From positions 40,892 through 104,891 of the forward strand of contig JAFTOI010000040.1 in NCBI GenBank assembly GCA_017463865.1: a stretch of 64,000 bases of DNA. Reading direction: 5' to 3'. Source of the DNA: Clostridia bacterium. GTDB taxonomy: Bacteria; Bacillota; Clostridia; Oscillospirales; CAG-272. This document shows, piece after piece, positions 45,302-55,205 of this stretch. The notes beneath the pieces are model-generated. The model was given only the letters and a program-made list of their open reading frames with translations. It did no database searches and had not been told where the DNA came from. Made by a program: the position numbers and the translations under genes. Position 1 is the first letter of the stretch; the number at the start of each line of letters is the position of its first letter.

Positions 45302-46339
45302 TTACTTTGCGCTCTTCTTGCGGAGGGCAAGGGGTAGAGCGGCTGCCATCACCAGCATGCCTGCCACGACGACGGTGGAGTCAGCGGTAGCGGGCGTGGT
45401 GGTGGGAGCAGTGGTAACTGCGGTAGCGGGCGTGGTGGTGGGAGCAGTGGTAACTGCGGGAGCGGGCGTGGTGGTGGGAGCAGTGGTAACTGCGGGAGCA
45501 GCGGTAGTGGTGGGCGCTGCGGTGGTCTCAGCGGGAGCAGTGGTGGTCTCAGCAGGAGCAGCATCCTTTGCGAGGAGCATGAACGGACCGCACTTCGGGT
45601 TGTCGCCGAGGTTATTATTCGACCAGAGGAGTGCGTCACGAGTGTTGTTATCGTCGATATCGTCGTTCACCTGGATGCCGAAACCGATTTCCTTACCAGA
45701 AACGACCTCAGTCTTGACCGTCTCGGGGATACCAATGCTGCACTCAACAATGTAACCGGTATCGGTCTTAACACGGCTCAGCGAGGACTTGGCCTCCTCG
45801 CCAGCCAGAGCCAGCCCAAGACCACTGTTTGCCATCCAATGGTTGTTCATCAGCTCGTCATCAGCCGGGCAAACCTCAGTGGGATGGATTCGCAGATAAC
45901 CTGCACCGACATCGGTCAGATCCTTGCTGTAAACTTTCACATCACCAGCAGCAGTCAGATCGTGCATATAGATGTAGAACTCGATACAGTCAGTGAGATG
46001 GGTCTTCTTGAGTGCATTGGCGGCGGTAACGGGCGTCTTGTCATAAACCTCACCAAAGATGTAGATATTGCTTTCATCGTACATGAGGTAAGCATAGAAG
46101 TCGCATTCGACCTGATCCTTCTTATCCTTGAGCGCCTCATAGGTGTTGTGCACCCAAGAGGTGATCTTGTCGCCCTTGGTATAAGCGTCATCGAGCTTAC
46201 CGTCGATCTCGGCTGTACCGTAAGCGGCGTTGAGGACTTTGCCTGCATCAGGGGAAGTGGACGGGGCAGCTGAAGCGCCGACTGTCAGCTGAGAAACGAG
46301 CATCATTCCGATCAGCAGGAGGGAGAAAAACTTTTTCAT
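45302..46339 (-). CDS. Surface protein with a CBM9/DOMON-like domain, Thr/Ala/Pro stalk and C-terminal anchor
   Basis: Signal peptide; IDGKLD, YDESNIYI..V.D, D.IEFYI, GFGIQVND; PATAD-TM-RKKSAK. Confidence 0.75.
   Translation of the reverse strand: MKKFFSLLLIGMMLVSQLTVGASAAPSTSPDAGKVLNAAYGTAEIDGKLDDAYTKGDKITSWVHNTYEALKDKKDQVECDFYAYLMYDESNIYIFGEVYDKTPVTAANALKKTHLTDCIEFYIYMHDLTAAGDVKVYSKDLTDVGAGYLRIHPTEVCPADDELMNNHWMANSGLGLALAGEEAKSSLSRVKTDTGYIVECSIGIPETVKTEVVSGKEIGFGIQVNDDIDDNNTRDALLWSNNNLGDNPKCGPFMLLAKDAAPAETTTAPAETTAAPTTTAAPAVTTAPTTTPAPAVTTAPTTTPATAVTTAPTTTPATADSTVVVAGMLVMAAALPLALRKKSAK
45385..45497 (-). repeat. 36-bp tandem repeat (~3 copies) encoding AVTTAPTTTPA(P/T)
   Basis: GCGGGCGTGGTGGTGGGAGCAGTGGTAACTGCGG repeated. 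Confidence 0.85.
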
Positions 46340-46421
46340 GTGTGTTTTTCCTTTCTCAAAAATATTTTTATAGAAAATCGCAGATGATCCGCGATTCACT
46401 ATGCGTGTTGTTCCAGAGGAC

Positions 46422-47942
46422 TCAGTCTACCGTCAACTTCTCGTTGATTTTATCGAGCATCTTCTGCCAGGAGCGTTCAAATGCCATGTTAAAGGTAGTC
46501 AACATATTTGAGCCTTCTTCGATTGACTTACGCCAGTAGCGAACCATGCCCGATGTGTCGCTGCCCAGTTCATCGTGGAAGGGACGGCCAAGGTCAAAGA
46601 CGGTTCCCGCGCGGATGAGGTCAAAGATTTCCGCATCGAGGGGATTGTTCGAATATTTGTATTTGAAGGTTGTCTCGAAGATGGCCGGTGTGACGCGGCG
46701 GTAGGACTCCGAAGCCATACATTCAAGCACAGCGGCTGACATATCGGGGTCGCGGGCGTCCAGCGGGACACAGTACTGGGTGTGGGTAAAGGCGATGGTG
46801 GTCAGATAATCCTCCTGCTGCTCGTCGTACTTGGGGGCGGGAAGAATGCTGTAGGCCATATCCGAATAGCGGAAGTTATTATACAGCAGTTGACCGGTAA
46901 TGTTGTAGAGCAGTGCATTGCCGGAAGTCAGGTTGTTTGCGTCGGCGAGCGACTTGGTGAAATAGCCGTCGTTTGAATTGTGGAAAATGTTGATGAATTT
47001 GTCAACGATGGCCATCGACTTCTCCGAGGCAAAGTCGTTTGCGAGAACCAGTTCGCCCGTATCGCTGGGTTTAATGTAGTTTAATCCAGCGCCCATATAG
47101 AAAATATCAAGGTTGGGGTGGGTAAACGAGAAAAGCCCGTACTGGTCGGCCTCAGATTTGAGTCCGTTGCCGTCAAGGTCGGAGTAGACATTGGCAGCCA
47201 GTTCAAGCATGGTGTCCTGTGTCCATTTGCCTTCCATCGCCAGCTTCTGCGGGTTGGTCAGGCCAAGGTTTGTGCCGAGATCGTCATTATAGATCATGAA
47301 CATCATCTGGAAGAGCAGCGTCGAGGCAATGTCGCCCGAGACGAAATAGAGCTTGTTGTAAATGGTGTTCAGCTCGACCAGGCTGTCAGACCACCAGGGC
47401 TGCTCGAAATTGAGGTACTCGAGCTCCAGCATATCCAATAGCATATGGTTGATCGCAAGCGAACCGGCCGAGCGAGGATAGGATGCAACGGTGTCATAGG
47501 CTTGTGCGTTAGACTGAACTGAATTGGTAACGGTGTTGCAGAACGATGCAACAGCGGCGTTATTACCATTAATGACGGTGAATTCCAAATCAACGCCAAG
47601 GCGATCTTCAACGATCTGATTGCGGTTAAAGATCGCGTCGTTGATGACATCGCCGGTCAATGCCTCAACATCGAATTCAGGCAGTGCATGTTTCCACGCG
47701 AGAACGTGGAAAGTTTCATTCTTGTAATTAAGATCATCGGGCAGATCGTCCTCGATGTAGCCGTTTTCGTCAAGGCCGTCATCGGTGGTCTCGGCTTCGG
47801 TCGTTTGGGTGCTGTCGAGGGCGGCCGTTGTGCCGGGCGTATTGCTCTGCTGGCCGTCGTCCTTCGTACAGGCGAGCGAACCGACCGGCAGCATTGCGCA
47901 CAGCAGAAGTGCGCAAAGGATGCGGAGAGAGGTTTTCTTCAT
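46422..47942 (-). CDS. Extracellular solute-binding lipoprotein (orphan)
   Basis: LAC lipobox; DAIFNRN..VE, PWW, DLDGNG, LPAPKYDE, LECMA motifs. Confidence 0.85.
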   Translation of the reverse strand: MKKTSLRILCALLLCAMLPVGSLACTKDDGQQSNTPGTTAALDSTQTTEAETTDDGLDENGYIEDDLPDDLNYKNETFHVLAWKHALPEFDVEALTGDVINDAIFNRNQIVEDRLGVDLEFTVINGNNAAVASFCNTVTNSVQSNAQAYDTVASYPRSAGSLAINHMLLDMLELEYLNFEQPWWSDSLVELNTIYNKLYFVSGDIASTLLFQMMFMIYNDDLGTNLGLTNPQKLAMEGKWTQDTMLELAANVYSDLDGNGLKSEADQYGLFSFTHPNLDIFYMGAGLNYIKPSDTGELVLANDFASEKSMAIVDKFINIFHNSNDGYFTKSLADANNLTSGNALLYNITGQLLYNNFRYSDMAYSILPAPKYDEQQEDYLTTIAFTHTQYCVPLDARDPDMSAAVLECMASESYRRVTPAIFETTFKYKYSNNPLDAEIFDLIRAGTVFDLGRPFHDELGSDTSGMVRYWRKSIEEGSNMLTTFNMAFERSWQKMLDKINEKLTVD

Positions 47943-47996
47943 GCGTGTGATTCCTTTCTTTGAAATAGATTTTTGAGAAATCCATATGGATTTTTG

Positions 47997-48159
47997 GTTG
48001 ACAGGGTTCCCGCGCATCAGCGCGGGACACCTCATCCATCGCTGCGCGACAGCCTTCCAGCTGCGCTTCGCTCAGCCCGAGGGGAAGGCTGCAATACACA
48101 GCGAACCTCGGTGAGCCTTCTCCAGCGGAGAAGGGGGACCGCGTCAGCGGTGGATGAGG
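47997..48159. repeat. REP-like composite palindrome, family 2
   Basis: CCCGCGC..GCGCGGG hairpin, then CCTCATCCA...TGGATGAGG enclosing AGCCTTC..GAAGG hairpins. Confidence 0.7.
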
Positions 48160-48221
48160 AGAGCATCCCTTGTGCTTACCTGAATCATGTTTCTGGAATC
48201 TGAGCACAGACCGGCTGACGA

Positions 48222-49058
48222 TTACTTCTTCAGCTTCCGCGCGCCGATCTTGTCCAGGATCTGTCCGCAAATATCGGGATGGTCGCAGGTGAAACCGAGT
48301 GCGCCGTGCTCATAGGATTCGCGGTAGACCGCCTCGTCGGTGTTCATGCCGTAATAGACGCAGGGGCGGATACCCATCAGCGCGAACTCCGTGTATCTCG
48401 CTTTGTCGGCCACGATGCTGCTGCGCTTGATCGGCAAGCCCTGCGGATCTTTTTCCCCGCTGTTGAACAGGCATACCTCGTCGTAATACTTATACGGATC
48501 GTCGGACGCATAGCCCTTCATTCTCGCCTTGGGGTAGAAGCCGTGGATGTAGAAGTCCTCCTTGGTGTAGCGCTCGCGGAGCCAGGCGCAGATTCCCGTG
48601 GAGAAGGTGATCACGGTCAGCCGATCCCGGCCAAACACGCCGTACTTTTTACAGAGCGACAGCGTGAGCGAAGCGGACGCGTAGGCGAAATCGCCCAGTT
48701 CCTCGGGATAGTCCTTCAGCTCAAGGAGCAGCCGAAGGTCGGGGCGGGTTGCCATCAGCTCAAGAAACTCCTCGAAGGTGGGGATCTTTTCCCCTTTGAA
48801 TTCCTCGCCGAATTTAATGCCCGCGTCTGCTTTTCTGACCTCCTCGAGCGTCATATTGTAGATTTCGCCCTTCATGTCTGTCGTGCGGTCAAGGCGTGCG
48901 TCGTGGCAGACCACGATATGATAGTCCTTCGTCATATGCGCGTCCATTTCAATGCCGTCAATGTCGAGCTTCATCGCCTCTCTGAACCCGCGCATCGTGT
49001 TCTCGGGATATTTCGCGCGCCAGCCTCTGTGCGCAGTCAGTGTTACCTTGTTTTCCAT
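48222..49058 (-). CDS. Cytoplasmic glycerophosphodiester phosphodiesterase
   Basis: AHRG..PENT, IEMD, CHD..LDRTT, ELK motifs. Confidence 0.88.
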   Translation of the reverse strand: MENKVTLTAHRGWRAKYPENTMRGFREAMKLDIDGIEMDAHMTKDYHIVVCHDARLDRTTDMKGEIYNMTLEEVRKADAGIKFGEEFKGEKIPTFEEFLELMATRPDLRLLLELKDYPEELGDFAYASASLTLSLCKKYGVFGRDRLTVITFSTGICAWLRERYTKEDFYIHGFYPKARMKGYASDDPYKYYDEVCLFNSGEKDPQGLPIKRSSIVADKARYTEFALMGIRPCVYYGMNTDEAVYRESYEHGALGFTCDHPDICGQILDKIGARKLKK

Positions 49059-49092
49059 GTGTTTGCTCCTTTCCTCCGAAAAATCATGTTGA

Positions 49093-50427
49093 TTATGCGT
49101 AATAGTCCGTTATGATCTGATCCGCAAAGCGTTCCAGCTCGCCAAGATCCCAAAGAAGCTGCAGCACCGTGTAGCGGTCCCGGATCTCCTTGGCGTACAG
49201 GATCGCCTGCCTGGCCATTTCTTTTTCCACGCCGATCTCGCCGGGCTTTGTCGGTGCGTCAAGCTGCTTGAGAATGCCGTATACGAGCTCGGATTTTACG
49301 GTCTGCTCTGCCAGTGCCTTGATCTGCTGCCAGTTCGCTTCGGTCGAGGCGAGGCGTGCCGCCAGCTTTTCGGGGCTGTTCTTGCCGCTTTTTCGCTCGA
49401 GATCCACGATCTCGTCAGACGCGCCGAGGAATGCGCCGCGCACGTCCTGCTCCCATTCGTCGAAGGGCTTGTGGGGGAGCGCTTTGATCCGGTCGAAATT
49501 GGGCGTCAGCGACGCGATATATTCATACGCCCGCAGCGCGATCACCGTGCCGATGCCCACCTTGGTGCCGTGGAAGACGGCCTCGCGACCCTCCAGCAGA
49601 TAGCGCATTTCCCAGAAGTGCGACATGTGATGCTCGCAGCCCGAGGCGGGGCGGGAGTTGCCGGCAAAATCCATGCACACGCCCGAGAGAAGCAGCGCCT
49701 CCACCAGATCGGCGATGGCCTCATCTTGGCCTGCGGCGATCTGATCGCTGCCCGTGACCACCTTCTGAATGGCGGCGTCGACAATGTCCGAGATGAAGTC
49801 GCAGTGCCATTCACCGTTCACGATCTGCGAGAGACGCCAGTCAGTCAGGCAGTTGATCTTGCCCAGCAGGTCGCCGACGCCGGCGGCGATCATGTCCTTG
49901 GGCGCGTGCGAGAGAATCTGCGGGTCGAGGAAAACGGCGGTGGGGGTGTGCGTTTCAAAGGTCAGCTTCAGATTGTTGTAGATCAGCGCGGAGCCGCCCG
50001 AGATGTAGCCGTCCATCGAGGGCGCGGTGCCGACGATGCAGTAGGGCTTCCCGGCCACGGCGCTGACATAGCGGCAGATATCGTTGATCGTTCCGCTGCC
50101 GACCGCGAGGATCAGGTCGGAGTCAAGCGCCATTCCCATGGCGAGATTGCCGATGAAGTGCTCGTTGGGCAGCACTGAATCCTCCTGGTACATGTGCAGC
50201 TTGAAGGGGATCTGACTCTGCTCCAGCGTCGCGCAGACTCTGTCTGCGGCAACGCGGTAGGTGTTTTTGTCGCATACGACCGTAAGCTTTTTGTACGCCT
50301 TGCTTTTCAGAAAATCGATCAGCTCGTGCTCGATGACGTTCGGCTTGATCTCGATCGTTTCCACGCGCGAGCGGTGCGTTTTTCCGCAGGCGCAGGCGAT
50401 GGATTTTGCAATATACTGTTCAATCAT
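49093..50427 (-). CDS. AraM/EgsA-family sn-glycerol-1-phosphate dehydrogenase-like protein
   Basis: CACGKTH, VGSGTIND, TAPSMDGY, SRPASGCEHHMSH, HG..VG motifs. Confidence 0.88.
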   Translation of the reverse strand: MIEQYIAKSIACACGKTHRSRVETIEIKPNVIEHELIDFLKSKAYKKLTVVCDKNTYRVAADRVCATLEQSQIPFKLHMYQEDSVLPNEHFIGNLAMGMALDSDLILAVGSGTINDICRYVSAVAGKPYCIVGTAPSMDGYISGGSALIYNNLKLTFETHTPTAVFLDPQILSHAPKDMIAAGVGDLLGKINCLTDWRLSQIVNGEWHCDFISDIVDAAIQKVVTGSDQIAAGQDEAIADLVEALLLSGVCMDFAGNSRPASGCEHHMSHFWEMRYLLEGREAVFHGTKVGIGTVIALRAYEYIASLTPNFDRIKALPHKPFDEWEQDVRGAFLGASDEIVDLERKSGKNSPEKLAARLASTEANWQQIKALAEQTVKSELVYGILKQLDAPTKPGEIGVEKEMARQAILYAKEIRDRYTVLQLLWDLGELERFADQIITDYYA

Positions 50428-51161
50428 CAGAGTTCCCCCTTACTTTTGTCCGTAATATGCACCGGCTGTCCGTAATATGCACCGGCACCGTGCTTGCGGA
50501 AATAATGCTTATCCTGCAGCACCTGTGGAGCGGGAGATACACTGCCGTTCGTCAATGTCCGGGCGATAAAGCTCATATACGCACATTCCTCCAGGACCAG
50601 CGCATTTTCTACCGCTTTTTCGGGCGTTTTTCCCCACGCGAACGGGCCGTGCTTGCAGACGAGAATGGCAGGAACTGCCATGGGGTCGATCTTCAGTTCG
50701 TTCAGGGTTTCGACAATAACCCTGCCTGTGTTCAGCTCATAGTCGGTTTTGATCTCCTGCTCGGTCAGGTGTCTGGTGCAGGGGATGGTGCCGTAAAAGT
50801 GATCGGCGTGGGTCGTGCCGTAGCAGGGGATGCCCGATTCCGCCTGCGCTGTGCCGGTCGCCCATCTGGAATGGGTGTGGACGACGGATTTGATCTCAGG
50901 AAAATTCCGATATAGCTCCAGATGCGTGGGAAGATCGGAGGAGGGGCGAAGGCTGCCCTCCACGACGTTTCCGTCCAGATCGGTGACGACCATCATGTCT
51001 GCCGTCATCTCGGTGTAGCGCACGCCGGAGGGCTTGATCACGACATAGCGGTGATCCTCCGAAATTGCCGACACGTTACCCCAGGTCAGCGTGATCAACC
51101 CATATTCCTTCAACAGCAGGTTTGCGCGGCAAACCTCGTTTTTCAACTGTTCCAGCATCAT
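50427..51161 (-). CDS. araD: L-ribulose-5-phosphate 4-epimerase
   Basis: TWGNVS, IKPSG, PSSDLPTH, HTHS, GTTHAD, HYFRKHG..AYYGQ motifs. Confidence 0.93.
   Translation of the reverse strand: MMLEQLKNEVCRANLLLKEYGLITLTWGNVSAISEDHRYVVIKPSGVRYTEMTADMMVVTDLDGNVVEGSLRPSSDLPTHLELYRNFPEIKSVVHTHSRWATGTAQAESGIPCYGTTHADHFYGTIPCTRHLTEQEIKTDYELNTGRVIVETLNELKIDPMAVPAILVCKHGPFAWGKTPEKAVENALVLEECAYMSFIARTLTNGSVSPAPQVLQDKHYFRKHGAGAYYGQPVHITDKSKGEL
50447..50486. repeat. Perfect 20-bp tandem duplication in the araD 3' end
   Basis: TGTCCGTAATATGCACCGGC x2. Confidence 0.9.
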
Positions 51162-52018
51162 AAAATCCCCTTTTCATATTGATTGTTAAGCCATTTTGCG
51201 GCTTTTGTGATTTCCGTTACGTCATCGGTTCCGTCCTGATGCCACATTTCGATCATATACGGACCGGTATAGTTCAATTTTTCAAGCTGACCGAAACGGG
51301 CTGGAAAGTCCACGCAGCCCGAGCCGAACGGAACACATTTGAACTGCCCCGCAGAGCACTCGGTCGGCGGTATGGTGTCCTTGAGATGGATCGCCACAAT
51401 GCTGCCGATGCCTTTGTTCAGCTCGGCCTCGGGGTCGTTTTCGCGCCAGGCCGAGAGGTTGCCCAGATCGGGATAAACGCGATACCAGGGCGAATTAATC
51501 TGCTTTTCATAGGGCAGATGCTTGCTGATCGAATTCATGAACGGCGTGTCCATGATCTCCATGGCAAGCATGACCTGTGCGCCGGCCGCTCGCTCTGCTG
51601 CCCACATCATGCCTTCCCCAAAGCGGCGCACGCTGTCCTCGGTCGATTCCTCGTAATACACATCATAACCCGCAAGCTGAATGACGCGAATGTCGAGTTC
51701 GGAGGCAAAATCAATTGCCTTTTCCATAATGTCGTGGGCTTTTTTTCTGATCGCAGGATCTATGCTTCCGAAGGGAAATCTGCGATGACCGCTTAAACAC
51801 ATTGAGCGAAGAGATACGCCGGAATCCCACGATGCATCGAGCAGTTCCTTTTTTTGCGCTCGGCTCCAATCCAGTCTTGACAGACGTTCATCTGTTTCGT
51901 CCACACTGATTTCAATGTAATCAAAACCGATCCTCGCTGCCCTGTCAAACCTTTCTTGCCAGCTGATTTTCGGGTCAAATGCTTTTTCGTAAATTCCTGC
52001 AGAATGCTTGCCAAACAT
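51158..52018 (-). CDS. ulaE: L-ribulose-5-phosphate 3-epimerase
   Basis: GIYEKA, EISVDETDERL, SMCLSGHRRFP, QLAGYDVYY, EIMDT, YPDLGNL motifs. Confidence 0.9.
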   Translation of the reverse strand: MFGKHSAGIYEKAFDPKISWQERFDRAARIGFDYIEISVDETDERLSRLDWSRAQKKELLDASWDSGVSLRSMCLSGHRRFPFGSIDPAIRKKAHDIMEKAIDFASELDIRVIQLAGYDVYYEESTEDSVRRFGEGMMWAAERAAGAQVMLAMEIMDTPFMNSISKHLPYEKQINSPWYRVYPDLGNLSAWRENDPEAELNKGIGSIVAIHLKDTIPPTECSAGQFKCVPFGSGCVDFPARFGQLEKLNYTGPYMIEMWHQDGTDDVTEITKAAKWLNNQYEKGIL

Positions 52019-52057
52019 GTTTACTCCCTCTTCGTCCGATTTGTGGTATTTGTCCAA

Positions 52058-52142
52058 AGTATAGCATGCGAATGATCGAATGTCAACGCAAAACCAAGCT
52101 TAGACGATTGAAATTGACAAATCAATCAAAATATGATATAAT
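52058..52142. promoter_or_regulatory. Divergent sigmaA promoters
   Basis: Minus strand TTGACA-N17-TATACT (52086 to 52058); plus strand TTGACA-N17-TATAAT (52114-52142). Confidence 0.75.
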
Positions 52143-52176
52143 TCAATCACAATCCGGAAAAGGGAGCAAAATTTTT

Positions 52177-52929
52177 ATGAACGACCGCCAGGAAAAAATA
52201 TACAAAATATTGAACAAGCAGGGGAACGCATCCATTGAGCAATTGAAGCGGGAGATTTTTGCAAGTGAAGCAACCTTACGCCGCGATCTGACCCAAATGG
52301 AGCAGGAGGGCTTGCTGATCCGCACTTGGGGCGGTGCAGTTTTAACAAGCAACATTAACAGCGACCCGCCTTTGTTTGTCCGTTCGAACGCAAACGTCAA
52401 TGCCAAAAATGCCATTGCAAGAATTGCCATTGATTTTTTGCAGGATAATATGACGATCTTTCTTGCGTCCGGCACGACCGTGACAAAGCTTGCGAAATTT
52501 TTTTACAAGTATGAAAATCTTACGATTATTACAAACGGATTGGATACAGTCGCTGCGCTGAACAATCATTTATCCGCCAAGATTATCATTCCGGGCGGCG
52601 AACTGTACGAAAACTATGATTTGATCGGCACATTGACGGAAAGCACGATTGAGCAATTCAATGCAGATCTGTTTTTCTTCTCGTGCAGCGGCATTACTGC
52701 GGAGGGCTTCAGCTCGGTTGATATGATCAGATTGAATATTATTAAAAAAATGAAGAAAAACAGCGCAAAGACGATTTTGCTGGCGGATACATCAAAGGTA
52801 GGAAAGAAATACACCTATCGAGGCTTTGGATTTGAAGATATCGATTATGTTGTCATGGAAGCGAAGCCCAATGATATGGCTTTGAGAAAAGCACTTGGAA
52901 AAAAGTTGATTACGACAAAGAGTTTTTAA
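52177..52929 (+). CDS. DeoR/GlpR transcriptional regulator
   Basis: SEATLRRDL..RTWGGA, SGTT, ADTSK motifs. Confidence 0.92.
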   Translation: MNDRQEKIYKILNKQGNASIEQLKREIFASEATLRRDLTQMEQEGLLIRTWGGAVLTSNINSDPPLFVRSNANVNAKNAIARIAIDFLQDNMTIFLASGTTVTKLAKFFYKYENLTIITNGLDTVAALNNHLSAKIIIPGGELYENYDLIGTLTESTIEQFNADLFFFSCSGITAEGFSSVDMIRLNIIKKMKKNSAKTILLADTSKVGKKYTYRGFGFEDIDYVVMEAKPNDMALRKALGKKLITTKSF

Positions 52930-53395
52930 GCGAATCTGCTTTAGCGAAAGATTGCCATCCCGTAGGGCAGTGATTTTCATCGCAAGCATGGCTGGCCTAT
53001 CCAATGCAGTGAGTTATCTGGAGGGAAAGAAGAACGGGGAAAAGCGGAGCGATAATCGACAGCTGGCAGAGTGGGGGCTGCTCGCATCATTGACGGGGGG
53101 GCTGGAGATCCGGGCGCTTTGCAGGGGTTATAAAAATTGGGGTGCCGTGCGGCTGCGATTCGCGTGGTCCCCTTTTTCTGTTGATTGGGGAGTAAAGAAC
53201 ATGTGCGGAAAAACCAACTCTGACTGCTGCTCGCGTTCATTTCCCGCTGCATGAGCCGCCTATGCAAATGCAGGATTACGGGTGTTTTATGCATAAAGCG
53301 GGATTGAAATAAACGGTGAGACGTGCTATAATACTGCCAGTAGCTAAGAGCCGCGCTCATCTGAGCCGGCAATCTTACCAAAACAAAGGAAAAGA

Positions 53396-55177
53396 ATGAT
53401 GAAACTGAACCAAATCCACCACACCGCCGACCTCTGTGTGGTTGGCGGCGGCATGGCCGGCCTTTGTGCCGCCGTCGCGGCGGCGCGGGGCGGCTCGCGT
53501 GTCATCCTGATGCAGGAGCGCCCGATGCTGGGCGGCAACGCGTCATCCGAGATCCGCATGTGGGTCTGCGGGGCCGACGGCAAGAACAACCGCGAGACTG
53601 GCATCATTGAGGAGATCGCCCTCGAGAACCTTTGGCGTAATCCCGAGAAGCGCTACCCCCTCTGGGATGTGCTGCTGCTTGATGTTGCCCGCCGTGAAAA
53701 GAACCTGACCCTGCTGCTCAACTGCTCCTGCTGCGACGCGGAGATGGACGGCAGCCGCATTGTCTCGGTCACCGGCTGGCAGATGACGACGCAATCCTGG
53801 CACACCGTTCGTGCGGCTTACTTCGCCGACTGCTCGGGCGACAGCATCCTCGCGCCGCTGACCGGCGCGGCATACCGCGTCGGCCGGGAGTCCGCCGACG
53901 AGTTCGGCGAATCGGTTTCGGTGACCGCCGCCGACCGGCAGACGATGGGCATGTCCTGCCTCATGCAGGCGCGGTTTGACCCTCACACCACCTCCCGCTT
54001 CGTTCCCCAGCCCGGCGCGACGCAGATGACGCCCGAGATGATTGCCCTCCGCCGCCCGCATATGGAGCGGTCATCCGAGAACTTCTGGTATCTGGAGCTG
54101 GGCGGAAACCGGGACAGTATCGCCGACACCGAGACCCTGCGCGACGAGTTGATCGCACTGGCGCTGGGCATGTGGGACTGGGTCAAAAACAGCGGTGAGG
54201 TCGAGGATGCCGACCACTGGCACCTTGAGTTCCTCGGCATCCTGCCCGGCAAGCGTGAGTCCCGGCGGATGATGGGGCCGTACATCATGACCCAGGGCGA
54301 TGTGCTCTCGGGTGGGCATTTTGACGATGTGATTGCCTACGGCGGCTGGCCGCTCGACGACCATCACCCCGACGGGTTCTATCACAAGGGCAACCCCAAC
54401 ACCTGGGGCAAAACCCCCGCGCCTTACGGCATCCCCTACCGCTGCCTCTATTCGGCCAACATTGACAACCTCTTCTTCGCCGGGCGCAACATCAGTATGA
54501 CGCACGCCGCCATGAGCAGCACCCGCGTCATGGCTACCTGCGCACTGCTCGGCGAGGCGGTGGGCACTGCCGCCAACATCGCGCGCGAGTTCGGCCTGAC
54601 CCCTGACGGCGTCTATCGCGAGCAGATCGCCCTGCTGCAGGCACGGCTGATGGAAAACGGCTGTTTCCTGCCCGGCATTCGGCGCGATACGTCGGCCGCA
54701 CGGGCGGCTGAGCTGACTTGCGACGGGCCGGCTGATGCCCTCGAGAACCTGCGCAATGGCGCAGACCGCTGCAATCACACCTACGGCGAGGCCGATGAGG
54801 GCTGCACCTGCCCGGCTGGCGCCACGATTACCTACCGTTTCGCCCCTCGCACGGTGGAGCAGGTTCACATCGCCTTCGACTCCGACCTTGACCGTGTGAC
54901 GCTGCCCGGTGACAAATGCGAGCGCCGCCACGGCATGCGGGCCAACCTCCTCCCCGATGCGCCAGTGATGCATCTGCCCCTGACCCTCGTCCGGGCATAC
55001 AAGCTCTGGGGCCTGCGCCCCGACGGCAGCCGTGTCCTGCTGGCTGAGGATGACGCCAACCGCCGGCAGATTGTCAATGCGGTGCCCGGCGAGCCGCTCT
55101 GTGGGCTGGCGCTGACCCTCGGTGCCGATTACGGCGGCAACGACCGTCTGCACCTTTTCTCCTTCGATTTCCGCTGA
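53396..55177 (+). CDS. FAD-dependent oxidoreductase
   Basis: VVGGGMAG, LGGNASSE, DCSGD, KRESRR, IPYRCL, SSTRVM motifs. Confidence 0.88.
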   Translation: MMKLNQIHHTADLCVVGGGMAGLCAAVAAARGGSRVILMQERPMLGGNASSEIRMWVCGADGKNNRETGIIEEIALENLWRNPEKRYPLWDVLLLDVARREKNLTLLLNCSCCDAEMDGSRIVSVTGWQMTTQSWHTVRAAYFADCSGDSILAPLTGAAYRVGRESADEFGESVSVTAADRQTMGMSCLMQARFDPHTTSRFVPQPGATQMTPEMIALRRPHMERSSENFWYLELGGNRDSIADTETLRDELIALALGMWDWVKNSGEVEDADHWHLEFLGILPGKRESRRMMGPYIMTQGDVLSGGHFDDVIAYGGWPLDDHHPDGFYHKGNPNTWGKTPAPYGIPYRCLYSANIDNLFFAGRNISMTHAAMSSTRVMATCALLGEAVGTAANIAREFGLTPDGVYREQIALLQARLMENGCFLPGIRRDTSAARAAELTCDGPADALENLRNGADRCNHTYGEADEGCTCPAGATITYRFAPRTVEQVHIAFDSDLDRVTLPGDKCERRHGMRANLLPDAPVMHLPLTLVRAYKLWGLRPDGSRVLLAEDDANRRQIVNAVPGEPLCGLALTLGADYGGNDRLHLFSFDFR

Positions 55178-55205
55178 GCCAAAATTACGGTAAGGAGTGT
55201 GTACC

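Noticed and set aside
45385-45560. Regularly spaced repeats resembling a CRISPR array
   Set aside because: Contiguous in-frame 36-bp coding repeats with no unique spacers and no cas genes.
49093-50427. Archaeal-type G1P ether-lipid synthesis
   Set aside because: No GGGP synthase or prenyltransferase nearby; the context is pentose catabolism.
52100-52106. Third CGTCTAA ECF -10 box
   Set aside because: No GGAAC at the 16-bp spacing.
52940-53330. Possible gene or transposase remnant (ORF 52952-53254, SYLEGK)
   Set aside because: No RBS and too little similarity to assign; left unannotated.
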